A stretch of 64,000 nucleotides of DNA from a bacterium (GTDB taxonomy: Bacteria; Patescibacteriota; Saccharimonadia; Saccharimonadales; JAUPVS01). The notes under the pieces are model-generated. The model made no database searches. It had not been told where the DNA came from and was given only the letters and a program-made list of their open reading frames with translations. Within the stretch, counting starts at the first letter, position 1; each line of letters begins with the position of its first letter. The stretch covers positions 43,275 through 107,274 of the forward strand of contig JAKOXV010000024.1 in the NCBI GenBank assembly GCA_029780855.1, in the 5' to 3' direction. The position numbers were made by a program, and so were the translations under genes. Positions 9,775-18,669 of this stretch are shown one piece after another.

Positions 9775-10079
9775 ATCCAAAGCTCCTTCATTCATGAGGT
9801 TAAACGACAAAAAGCTAACAAAGATTACCGATGTTAGCGAACGGATTTTGGTTGTAGGAGCTGCCTGGTAGAAGGAACGAACCGTTCTTTCGCGCTTTCA
9901 TAACAGGAAGCTTTTTGCTTTGGATAGGCAGGGCAGGGACCGAAGTATGCGCGCCAATAATTCATAAAGTCTGTAGGCTATGGAAGGCCAGAGGCCCACT
10001 CATGCTCACATGACTACCTTTATTATACCAAGCTTGGCAATCCTATAAACGTAGTAATTTTTGATATACTGACCGGGAA

Positions 10080-10508
10080 ATGAAGCTACACATCATTACC
10101 ATTGGGCAACCCAAACTGGCATACGCAAAGCAAGGTTGGGAAGAATACCTAAAACGCCTCAAACTTTTTCATGACGTCCGCATTACCCATATTGCGGACA
10201 AGCATAATGAAGCCGCGCATATTCTTGCTGCAGCCAGCGGCTCGTACAAGATCGCCCTGGAAATAGCCGGAAAACAGCTTACCAGTCCACAGCTAGCAGA
10301 TTTTTTAGAAAAACGCGCCCAAGCCGGACAAGAGGTTTGTTTTATCATAGGTGGACCAGACGGTTTACCAGACGAAGTTACTGACAAAAGCGATTACCAA
10401 TGGAGCCTATCGCAACTAACGTTTCCGCACGATCTCGCCATGGTAGTACTAATGGAAACCCTGTACCGCGCGAGCAGTATCGCGAGCGGTTTACCGTACC
10501 ATAAATAG
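10080..10508 (+). CDS. rlmH: 23S rRNA (pseudouridine1915-N3)-methyltransferase RlmH
   Basis: 142 aa. MKLHIITIGQPK...FIIGGPDG...LSLSQLTFPH is characteristic of the SPOUT-family enzyme RlmH. Confidence 0.9.
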   Translation: MKLHIITIGQPKLAYAKQGWEEYLKRLKLFHDVRITHIADKHNEAAHILAAASGSYKIALEIAGKQLTSPQLADFLEKRAQAGQEVCFIIGGPDGLPDEVTDKSDYQWSLSQLTFPHDLAMVVLMETLYRASSIASGLPYHK

Positions 10509-10567
10509 GCTACGTATCTGCGAGATTCCTCACGTTATGGCCAAAAAATAAGCGGTATACTGGCACT

Positions 10568-11143
10568 ATGCGCAGACCAGATCAGCGTGACGCTTACAAA
10601 GGGAAGGAACCCTCGTGGCTTCTCAAGTTCCGTGAAATTGCCAATCCACGCGTGTTCTGGGCACTTGCCCCAGCTCTCGGATTAGCGGTTCTTGGTCTGG
10701 TTTTTGTCGGGGGCCGAATCGCCCACGTAGACCTAAAGCCGGCAGCTCCGACTCTGCAGACTGCTCAAGCAAACGCCGCACCTGAACCCAAGAATGAAGC
10801 AGCATCAACAGCCTCTGTACTAGGGGAGACTACCACGAATGCGTCGACACAAAAGAACCCAGGCACCAGGTCGTCCTCATCCTCCACAAAAGCGGTGCTG
10901 CCCACACCCAGTTCGGTTGTTCAAGAAGTTTGCAATCAAGCTGCCAAGCAATCGGCCACTACAACCTACAACGCCGCCATGTCCGCCGAAAACGCCTACC
11001 ACGATAGCGTACTGGCATCTTTGGTCGGCTATGTCCTTAATACGCTCAAACTAGCCGATGAAAACGCTCGTCATGATTCAGCTGTAAATAAAATCAACCA
11101 AGACTACCAGACCAATCTTACGACCGCTAACTGCAGCGGCTAG
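10568..11143 (+). CDS. hypothetical membrane-anchored Ser/Thr/Ala-rich protein
   Basis: ORF with one N-terminal TM helix followed by a low-complexity region. No family recognised. Confidence 0.6.
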   Translation: MRRPDQRDAYKGKEPSWLLKFREIANPRVFWALAPALGLAVLGLVFVGGRIAHVDLKPAAPTLQTAQANAAPEPKNEAASTASVLGETTTNASTQKNPGTRSSSSSTKAVLPTPSSVVQEVCNQAAKQSATTTYNAAMSAENAYHDSVLASLVGYVLNTLKLADENARHDSAVNKINQDYQTNLTTANCSG

Positions 11144-11805
11144 GCAGTCGGTTTAACGTACAGTGCCAATGCGCTAACCACCGCAACTATTGAAATGCTA
11201 CATATTGTTATGAAGTAGTCTTGCAAAGTGTTGCCCTGAGCGTGGGAGATGATTTCCAGTATTGAGCCCACAGCAAACAGCAACCACCCGAACAGTAGCA
11301 CTAAGACACTCGCACGTAGGGTTTGGGAAGCTGACACTTTTTTGAGCGAAAAGTGCACAGCAACCAAACTCACAAACAACAGCACAACAGAAACTATGCT
11401 CGCAAATCCATGTACGAGAACCGCCGAATTATCGATCAGTGGTCCGCAAGCTTTAGTTGCCGGATCACAGGAAAGGGGAGTTAGGGCAGCTAAAGCAACC
11501 AGTAACCCAAACCCGGCGAGTGTACCGACCGCTAGTTTTTGCCAACCGGATTTTGCCTGCCCAAATAGCCACACGCTTACTCCTAGCAGAAGAACCCCCG
11601 CTAATACATCAGTAACGATAAATAACCAGTTATACGGGTGATGCAAGGCTTGCAATTCACTAGCCAGTGAATACCGTTCTACCTGTGGATCAAATATGTA
11701 CCCTAAGGGCCATGAACAGTACAGCAACGCAGCTACAAGACCAGCCCAAACAGCCAATTTGTTGCCTCTCGACAACTGCTGGTAGGTAAGTTTAAGCGCT
11801 TTCAT
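11140..11805 (-). CDS. polytopic membrane protein (possibly DUF998-like)
   Basis: 221 aa with about 6 hydrophobic helices. The family assignment is from memory only. Confidence 0.6.
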   Translation of the reverse strand: MKALKLTYQQLSRGNKLAVWAGLVAALLYCSWPLGYIFDPQVERYSLASELQALHHPYNWLFIVTDVLAGVLLLGVSVWLFGQAKSGWQKLAVGTLAGFGLLVALAALTPLSCDPATKACGPLIDNSAVLVHGFASIVSVVLLFVSLVAVHFSLKKVSASQTLRASVLVLLFGWLLFAVGSILEIISHAQGNTLQDYFITICSISIVAVVSALALYVKPTA

Positions 11806-11834
11806 CCTACACTAAAGTATAGCAAGGCAATGTC

Positions 11835-13259
11835 TTACTCAGGATAGCAGTTACTAAAGTCCGTCTGAAGCGGATGGACCGTCACCGTGGTATCGTCTTT
11901 GTCCATTGCATACCAGGTGTAAACGTGTTCACCTCTTCCTTGTGCTATTTCGTTACCACGAATATACGCCCGGGTATTTTTGGGTGGGGTTTTCAGCCGT
12001 TTCCGCTGTTCGTGCACCGAATTTGTATGTGAAAATCCCTGCCAGCCGGCTACTTTCTTTTTTCTAATCCGCTCAGCTATACCACCACCTATCCAATCCC
12101 AGGCATAATCAAACTTACACATTGTTTCAGAATCGAGTGTCACACCGGCTTTTTCCATTTTCGCTTCCATGGCAACCAATCGTGCAACCGATTCTACGTA
12201 TGGAGCCGTAGCCCGCATATCTCTAGACATAAGGTCGGCCACATCAATTATTTCCCCCAGTACCTGCACACTCTCATCGTCGAGATACCCGACCTCTTCA
12301 TGTGCCTCAAATATCGTTTCTGTTATTCCTCGCAAAATATCAGCCGGGTACAAACTGACCGGCTTCACCTCATTGATATCTGCTTCTACCGTTTTTTCGT
12401 TACCAAAACGTCCAACCGTCTGGGCTGCCTGAATGGGTCGCACTAAATGCGGGATATCTGCTTGCTCCGGAGAAATTTCTAGCAGCTTCACAAAAGCGTT
12501 GGTCAAGACCAGGCTCGCCCGCATGGGCCAGGGAAAGTTTAAGGCATCGCTGGTAACCGTTTCTAACCTGCGCACCCCGATATCAGGCTTAAAGCTCGTA
12601 CGTACTAGCGGCCTGTCCGAATAGCTAGATGCTGAACGGTCAACTTGGTTCGTAACAGACAGACGGGGTGAATGGTGAAAGTGCGTTTCACCGGCAACAT
12701 TTAACAGCAACCCGCCCGAGCCAAACAACGCACCCTTAGCCACATTCAGCGCGGCCAGTTCTGCGATGTCCCAATGTGAAAAATCGGAATCTTCCAGTGA
12801 AGTCGCAGTGTTTATGTGTACACCCCGGGAGCTGCGATTATGATCAACATTGCGGCGGTTAATTTGAAAAGACTTAATTACGCCTTCTTGGAGCAGTAGG
12901 TTCATAGCACCAAACAAGATTTCATCACCATCAAAACTACGCAGAACACACTCCTCAGCGGTTGTTACCTCCGGGGTCGCATACTCTGGACCGCTGGGGT
13001 CAAAATAAAACCGTCCTCCGTTAGAGAGCATTCCAATACTGTTCTTTTTGAGGCCTAACTTCTCAACGCTTGTCGCAATCTGCTCGTAAGGCACCACATC
13101 CTTTTCGTTTTCACCCGGTGCCTGATACAGGCCTAGTTCGCTGTCCAGTGAGTGACATTCACCAATAATTTCCTGACTTTCACCCGTATTGGTGACGACC
13201 ATCATAGAATACTCAGTTTCTATCCCATATAGGGTGGGACTCGGTGTAATTCCTCGCAT
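11835..13259 (-). CDS. Pup-ligase/deamidase family protein (PafA/Dop homolog)
   Basis: YGIETEY, SNGGRFYFDPSGPEYATPE, RGVHINT and RRLETVTSD line up with PafA motifs [32 protein letters not shown] and RRLHVIVGD. ATG 13259 chosen. Confidence 0.8.
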   Translation of the reverse strand: MRGITPSPTLYGIETEYSMMVVTNTGESQEIIGECHSLDSELGLYQAPGENEKDVVPYEQIATSVEKLGLKKNSIGMLSNGGRFYFDPSGPEYATPEVTTAEECVLRSFDGDEILFGAMNLLLQEGVIKSFQINRRNVDHNRSSRGVHINTATSLEDSDFSHWDIAELAALNVAKGALFGSGGLLLNVAGETHFHHSPRLSVTNQVDRSASSYSDRPLVRTSFKPDIGVRRLETVTSDALNFPWPMRASLVLTNAFVKLLEISPEQADIPHLVRPIQAAQTVGRFGNEKTVEADINEVKPVSLYPADILRGITETIFEAHEEVGYLDDESVQVLGEIIDVADLMSRDMRATAPYVESVARLVAMEAKMEKAGVTLDSETMCKFDYAWDWIGGGIAERIRKKKVAGWQGFSHTNSVHEQRKRLKTPPKNTRAYIRGNEIAQGRGEHVYTWYAMDKDDTTVTVHPLQTDFSNCYPE

Positions 13260-13321
13260 AAAGCAATATTGCGATATGTTCGCAATATTTGCAAGTGCAC
13301 AAAAAAACAATTAGCCGTAAC

Positions 13322-13350
13322 AAAGAAAATACCCGAGCTTTCACTCGGGC
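13322..13350 (-). terminator. intrinsic terminator after tRNA-Glu (symmetrical, could act on both strands)
   Basis: CCCGAG/CTCGGG stem (13332-13337 / 13344-13349) flanked by A-rich and T-rich runs. On the - strand the hairpin is followed by UAUUUUCUUUG. Confidence 0.7.
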
Positions 13351-13358
13351 ATTTTCTT

Positions 13359-13433
13359 TGGTGACCTCACGGGGAATCGAACCCCGATTGCCAGGATGAG
13401 AACCTGGTGTCCTAACCGTTAGACGATGAGGCC
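13359..13433 (-). tRNA. tRNA-Glu (anticodon CUC), CCA encoded
   Basis: The reverse complement GGCCTCATCGTCTAACGGTTAGGACACCAGGTTCTCATCCTGGCAATCGGGGTTCGATTCCCCGTGAGGTCACCA folds as a cloverleaf. It has a 7-bp acceptor stem, anticodon loop UUCUCAU, T-loop GGTTCGATTCC, and is 75 nt long. Confidence 0.93.
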
Positions 13434-13576
13434 TTAAGCGTGGGAGCAATGATTTTGTGCTTTCAGAAAATCTTGCTTCTCGCGAAGGCGGCCATATTGT
13501 GCAGCAATATGAGGCCTAGTTTTATGTTCCGTGGACCATAAAATACTATCACAACAGGGGTAGGGAAGCAATAACA

Positions 13577-13608
13577 CAAAAAGCAGCTCGGTAAAGAGCT
13601 GCTTTTTA
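13577..13608. terminator. orphan bidirectional terminator-like hairpin
   Basis: A5-AGCAGCTC-ggtaaa-GAGCTGCT-T5 (stem 13582-13589 / 13596-13603). No annotated gene ends here. Confidence 0.5.
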
Positions 13609-13855
13609 TTATCTACCCATAACGGGCGACACCTAGATGCATACATTTCAAAACAACTAAGGGAGGGGTGCGTTGTTTTGGTTTCCCACCTAAGGTCTCC
13701 ACATACTTTAGCACAAGCGTCAATAGTCGTCTAGATTTCCGAATAGTCTTCTGTGGACAACTTTCTTAGGTTTGCTCTAGAGGTAGAACCCATGTCATAA
13801 TAGTTATGGTAAAGCCGGAAAACACCAACATGAATACAGCTCCTGAGGTAACAGG

Positions 13856-15181
13856 ATGAACATGCTACTACTTGTCGGCGCCGTTGGCATTATTGCAATC
13901 GGGGTGGTTTTTTTTATTGCCGTAAGACTCCGTTCTAAGCGCAAACATCACAGTGCGGTTGATGCTCTCAATTCTTCACTTAGCAAAGAAATGGCTAAAT
14001 CCGACATTATCCTCAGCGCCATAGAAGATGGGGTAATCCTGATCGATGCGAGCCGAACAATACATGTCTTTAATAACGGTGCTGCTAACATTACGGGTTG
14101 GCCGGTTAATGAAGCTATGGGGATCGATTACCGTTCGGTAATGAAGCTCGTTGATGCTAAGAACCAGGATTATCCAGAAGCAGACCACCCATTTGCTCGG
14201 GTTTTCACGGAAAAGAAAACCATCCGTGACAATACCGCAACGCTCGTTTCCCGATCCGATAAAAGGATTTCGGTTAACATTAGTGTTTCTCCGCTGCTAG
14301 ATAAAAACGAAAACGTTACCGGAGCAGTTGCGGTTTTTAGGGATGTCAGCACGGAGCGACAGGAAGAAAAGCAGCGAGCTGACTTTATTAGCACCGCAAG
14401 CCATGAAATGCGCACGCCGGTAGCTGCTATTGAAGGCTACTTAGCACTAGCTCTGAATGATCATGTTAGCAAGATTGACAGTAAAGCCCGAGGATATCTG
14501 GAGAAGGCCCATGAATCAACCCAGCATCTCGGCCAACTCTTTCAAGACCTGCTCACCAGTGCCCGAGCCGAAGATGGCCGTTTGAGTAACCACCCGATGG
14601 CGGTAGAAATGGGTGAATTCCTGGAAAAACTCAGCGAAGATCTCCGCTTTTCTGCCGAAAAGAAGGGACTCAAGATGGAATTTGTGGTGGGTACTACCGA
14701 TAGCGTTATCGATGCGAGCAAGGGCAACACTAAAGTGTTGAAACCACTGTACTACGTCTTTGTTGACCCAGAGCGTCTCCGCGAAGTCATCACTAATCTG
14801 TTCGACAATGCGGTCAAGTATACGGAAGCTGGAAACGTTTCAATCGGTTTAACCGGCAACAACGAAGTCGTTCAGCTCTATGTCCGCGACACCGGTCCCG
14901 GCATACCCTCAGAAGACATTCCGCATCTGTTCCAAAAGTTCTATCGAGTAGACAACTCCAGCACTCGCACAATCGGCGGTACGGGATTGGGGCTGTTTAT
15001 CGCCCGTAAGATCATCGAGCTATACAATGGCCGTATCTGGGTAGAGAGTGAGCTGGAAAAGGGCAGTACCTTCTTTATAAACCTACCACGCATAACTCCG
15101 GAAAAAGCGGCGCAACTACAAGCTGCTGAAGCCGCCAATACCAACCTGAACCCACCAATGCCAACAGGCAGTGGAACATGA
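13856..15181 (+). CDS. sensor histidine kinase (TM + PAS + HisKA + HATPase_c)
   Basis: H-box ASHEMRTPVAAIEGY, NLFDNAVKYT, DTGPGI and GGTGLGL. N-terminal TM helix. Confidence 0.9.
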   Translation: MNMLLLVGAVGIIAIGVVFFIAVRLRSKRKHHSAVDALNSSLSKEMAKSDIILSAIEDGVILIDASRTIHVFNNGAANITGWPVNEAMGIDYRSVMKLVDAKNQDYPEADHPFARVFTEKKTIRDNTATLVSRSDKRISVNISVSPLLDKNENVTGAVAVFRDVSTERQEEKQRADFISTASHEMRTPVAAIEGYLALALNDHVSKIDSKARGYLEKAHESTQHLGQLFQDLLTSARAEDGRLSNHPMAVEMGEFLEKLSEDLRFSAEKKGLKMEFVVGTTDSVIDASKGNTKVLKPLYYVFVDPERLREVITNLFDNAVKYTEAGNVSIGLTGNNEVVQLYVRDTGPGIPSEDIPHLFQKFYRVDNSSTRTIGGTGLGLFIARKIIELYNGRIWVESELEKGSTFFINLPRITPEKAAQLQAAEAANTNLNPPMPTGSGT

Positions 15182-15231
15182 TACAATGCTAGTAACCATA
15201 AGTTTTTTGCACTAATACAGGGGAAAAGTAC

Positions 15232-16566
15232 ATGTCAAAAGTAATGCTCGTCGAAGACGATAATAACCTGCGGGAGATATATGAAGCCCGTCTGGCCGCA
15301 GAAGGATACGAAATTGTATCCGCCCATGATGGCGAAGAAGCGCTGGCTCTTGCGGTCAAGGAACGGCCTGACCTTATCATATCCGATATCATGATGCCCA
15401 AGGTTAGTGGCTTTGACATGCTCGACATTCTCCGTACCACCCCTGAGACTAAAGACACCAAAGTGATTATGATGACTGCGCTCAGCCAGGCAGAAGACAG
15501 AGCACGAGCCGATAAACTAGGAGCCGATAAATACCTCGTAAAATCACAGGTAACCCTCGAGGATGTGGTGAAGACTGCTCGAGAGGTACTTGAAGGTAGC
15601 GCAGCCCCCACAGCCGGCTCCGCACCGGCCACAGCAAATCCTACTACCGCCGCAGCGGCAGTCACGGACTCTCCTGAACCTGCAGCACCTGCAACACCAG
15701 CGCCAGCACCAGAGCCAACTCCCATGCCTGTTACGTCGCCGCCAGCCACCCCCAACCCGGCTCCGACATCAAGCCCCGCGCCAGCGCCTAGTCCTGCTCC
15801 AGCTCCTACACCGCAGCCAACGGCAATTCCCGTTTCGGAACCACCTGCAGAACCAAGCAATACACCTGTAGCTTCAGCAGCCCCCAGCTCCGGTGAACCG
15901 GCCCAAGCTAGTTACTCTGTAGCATCGTACGCGCCGCCCGCTGAACCCGCCACCCCAGCGCCTAGTCCTGCTCCAACTACTGAACCTGAACCGGCCGCGG
16001 CAGCACCAGTAGTAGTTCCGGAACCAGCACCAGAAGCCGTTGCATCCCCTGAACCTACACCAGCTCCACAAGCCTCAGATGCAGAGCAAAAAATCCAAGA
16101 TTTTATCGCCAATAACGCTACTCCCGCACCGCCCGCTGAACCCGCCACCCCAGCGCCTAGTCCTGCTCCAACTACTGAACCAGTTCCACAACCAGAGCAG
16201 ATCACACCTGAACCACAACCCAGCACACCACCAACACCTATCCCGGTAACTGATCCGGATCCTACGCCGCAACCTCCAAGCAGCGAACCAGCTCCAGAAG
16301 CAGAGACTGAGGCAGACACCGAGAATCAAACTGAGCCGGACAAGCACAAAAAAGTAATAAAACCGCTCAATGATCTCAATGCTCCGCGCGTTGATTTAAG
16401 TGAACTACTCGCCAAAGAAGAGGCCAAGCAATCAGAAGCATCTCCTGAAACACCGAGTACGCCTCCCACAACCCTACCAGGCACGCTTCCAAATCCAGAG
16501 GATGCACCAGAACCAACTCCTCCTCAGCCCGGGCAAAGCATCGATCCCAACAGTATTTCACTTTAG
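15232..16566 (+). CDS. response-regulator receiver fused to a ~320-aa Pro/Ala/Thr/Glu-rich tail
   Basis: Residues 1-120 form a canonical receiver (LVEDD, DLIISDIMMP, MMTA, KYLVKS). The remainder is a low-complexity PAPxP-type sequence with no output domain. Confidence 0.85.
   Translation: MSKVMLVEDDNNLREIYEARLAAEGYEIVSAHDGEEALALAVKERPDLIISDIMMPKVSGFDMLDILRTTPETKDTKVIMMTALSQAEDRARADKLGADKYLVKSQVTLEDVVKTAREVLEGSAAPTAGSAPATANPTTAAAAVTDSPEPAAPATPAPAPEPTPMPVTSPPATPNPAPTSSPAPAPSPAPAPTPQPTAIPVSEPPAEPSNTPVASAAPSSGEPAQASYSVASYAPPAEPATPAPSPAPTTEPEPAAAAPVVVPEPAPEAVASPEPTPAPQASDAEQKIQDFIANNATPAPPAEPATPAPSPAPTTEPVPQPEQITPEPQPSTPPTPIPVTDPDPTPQPPSSEPAPEAETEADTENQTEPDKHKKVIKPLNDLNAPRVDLSELLAKEEAKQSEASPETPSTPPTTLPGTLPNPEDAPEPTPPQPGQSIDPNSISL
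15934..16181 (+). repeat. two perfect 53-nt direct repeats inside the receiver tail (15934-15986 and 16129-16181)
   Basis: ccgcccgctgaacccgccaccccagcgcctagtcctgctccaactactgaacc occurs twice, 195 nt (65 codons) apart. A partial third copy (ccagcgcctagtcctgctcca) lies near 15781. Confidence 0.9.
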
Positions 16567-16584
16567 CGTGGTAAGCTAGCGTAT

Positions 16585-17235
16585 ATGCGCATAAATAAAT
16601 ACATTGCTCTAGCCACCGGCATGTCCCGGCGGAGTGCCGATGCTGCTATTGCTGCGGGTAGAATACAGATAAACGGTGCCACGCCGAAACCCGGCCAACA
16701 GGTAGAAACGTCTGATGTGGTAACCCTTGACAATAGTGTTATTACATTGCCTGTCAATACCACCACACTACTCCTCAATAAGCCCGTCGGTTACGTCTGT
16801 TCTCGGGACGGCCAGGGGAGTAAAACGGTCTATGATTTACTGCCTGAAACACTCCACAAACTAAAGCCCGTGGGCCGCCTCGATAAAGACTCTTCAGGTT
16901 TGCTACTGATGACTAATGACGGTTCGCTCGCCAATACGCTTACACACCCACGGTATGCAAAAGAAAAGCGCTACGAAGTCACTCTAGATAAAGCCCTGGA
17001 TGAATCTGACCGCAAAAAAATTGAACAAGGCATAATGCTAGAAGATGGTACAAGCACACTAAAGCTTACCGGTGACAGTACGCACTGGACCGTAACGATG
17101 ACCGAGGGGAGGAACCGCCAGGTCCGCCGGACTTTTGCAGCACTTGGCTATAATGTACGTAACCTGCACCGTACAGCTTTCGGGGATTATCAGCTCGGCA
17201 CGCTTGGCATCGCAAAATACGAAATATTAAATTAG
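16585..17235 (+). CDS. pseudouridine synthase, RsuA/RluB family (S4 domain + catalytic domain)
   Basis: MRINKYIALATGMSRR (S4-like) and catalytic GRLDKDSSGLLLMTNDG. Confidence 0.88.
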   Translation: MRINKYIALATGMSRRSADAAIAAGRIQINGATPKPGQQVETSDVVTLDNSVITLPVNTTTLLLNKPVGYVCSRDGQGSKTVYDLLPETLHKLKPVGRLDKDSSGLLLMTNDGSLANTLTHPRYAKEKRYEVTLDKALDESDRKKIEQGIMLEDGTSTLKLTGDSTHWTVTMTEGRNRQVRRTFAALGYNVRNLHRTAFGDYQLGTLGIAKYEILN

Positions 17236-17273
17236 TTTTGTCAATACTTACTACCTCTGTTATAATATAGGGA

Positions 17274-18620
17274 ATGAGCAAAAAGCTTCCCATAGTTGCA
17301 ATTGTCGGACGTGCCAATGTTGGTAAGTCTAGTTTGTTTAATGCGATTTTACGTCGCCGCGAAGCGATTGTCGCCGATGAGCCAGGCACCACTAGGGACA
17401 GTATTCTAGCCAAAGCCTCGCATGAGGGCAGGGACTTTTGGATTGTTGACACAGCCGGTATTAAAGACCCGGAAGACGATTTTGAATTCACCATCCAGGA
17501 GCAGATATCTCAGGCAGCCGACAGTGCCGATGTTATTTGGGTGGTAATTGAGGCCGACGTTCCCATTACCGAAGAAGACCGCCGCGTTGCTAAGATGGCG
17601 CTCAAAACCAAAAAGCCGGTATTTCTAGTTGTGAATAAAGCCGACAAAGCCAAGGGTAAGAAAGCCGATGATTACCTGCGGCTTGGTATTAAACAAGTAT
17701 ATTTGACGTCAGCTACCCAGAATCGGGGCATAGAATCAGTTCTAGATAGCGTTGTTGAAATAATTCCTCAGGCCACCCACATTCAGGCTGATGATGTACT
17801 ACGGATTGCGCTACTTGGCCGACCGAATGTTGGCAAGTCATACCTGTTCAACACCCTCGCAAAGAAGCAGCAGGCGATCGTAGCCGATAGAGCCGGTACT
17901 ACCAGAGACATCAACCGTGCTACCGTACGCTTCAATAACCAGGAGATTGAACTCCTCGACACTGCCGGAATCCGCCGCAGCGGCAAAATAGGACAGGGAG
18001 TTGAGCGCTTCAGTGTTATCCGGTCACTGAGCGCTATCGAACAAGCCGATATCTGCCTGGTTCTCATGGATGTAAACGAACCGGGGACGGCGCTTGATCA
18101 AAAGATAGCCGGCATGGTCAAGGAAGCTGGGAAGGGTATGATCTTGGTCGTAAGCAAATGGGATAGTCTCGAGGAAAAAACGCCGTTCAGCCGTGATCAG
18201 ATGGCCAAGGTGATTGCCCAGGACTTTGTGTTCGTGCCGTGGGCGCCGCTCATATTCACCAGTTCCGTAACCGGTCAGAACGTAGCGAAGATTTTTGAAC
18301 TAGCCCAAGAAATCTACGAACGCCGCAAAACAATTATTAAAACCCGTGATCTCAACCGCTGGCTAAAGGAGGTGACGGAAAGCCACCCACCGGCAGGTCT
18401 CAAGAATCGTGCACCAAAACTGAACTACATCGTACAAGAGGATGATAATCCTATTCCGAGCTTCAAGGTGTTTGGCGCTCACACCAAGTTCCTACACTGG
18501 AGCTATAAGCGTTTCATGGAGCGAACCATGCGGGAAAAGTGGGATTATGCTGGCACCCCAATCCAATTTTGGTTCATAGAAAAACACGTCACCCACAAAC
18601 ACGGCACCAAACCGGAGTAA
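17274..18620 (+). CDS. der: ribosome-biogenesis GTPase Der (EngA), two GTPase domains + KH-like C-terminus
   Basis: Two G1 motifs (GRANVGKSS and GRPNVGKSY), two DTAG motifs and two NK.D motifs. Confidence 0.95.
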   Translation: MSKKLPIVAIVGRANVGKSSLFNAILRRREAIVADEPGTTRDSILAKASHEGRDFWIVDTAGIKDPEDDFEFTIQEQISQAADSADVIWVVIEADVPITEEDRRVAKMALKTKKPVFLVVNKADKAKGKKADDYLRLGIKQVYLTSATQNRGIESVLDSVVEIIPQATHIQADDVLRIALLGRPNVGKSYLFNTLAKKQQAIVADRAGTTRDINRATVRFNNQEIELLDTAGIRRSGKIGQGVERFSVIRSLSAIEQADICLVLMDVNEPGTALDQKIAGMVKEAGKGMILVVSKWDSLEEKTPFSRDQMAKVIAQDFVFVPWAPLIFTSSVTGQNVAKIFELAQEIYERRKTIIKTRDLNRWLKEVTESHPPAGLKNRAPKLNYIVQEDDNPIPSFKVFGAHTKFLHWSYKRFMERTMREKWDYAGTPIQFWFIEKHVTHKHGTKPE

Positions 18621-18669
18621 TCAGTCCGCTGCTGGACAGCAGGGTTCTGTAATGCGAAACTAGAAGGCA

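Noticed and set aside
9875-9887. Calling GAACGAACCGTTC a bona fide LexA/SOS box.
   Set aside because: The spacing is GAAC-N5-GTTC, not the N4 of the Cheo box, and no lexA is visible in the window. It is kept only as a low-confidence note inside the polymerase-operon finding.
13213-13646. Track ORFs 13213-13449 (78 aa) and 13434-13646 (70 aa).
   Set aside because: The first overlaps the tRNA-Glu gene and its terminator. The second spans promoter and terminator sequence, is Cys/Leu-rich and has no SD.
15590-16330. GC-rich stretch in the response-regulator gene as another foreign island.
   Set aside because: The GC enrichment is explained by Pro (CCN) and Ala (GCN) codons of the low-complexity tail. 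The reading frame is continuous with a native receiver domain.
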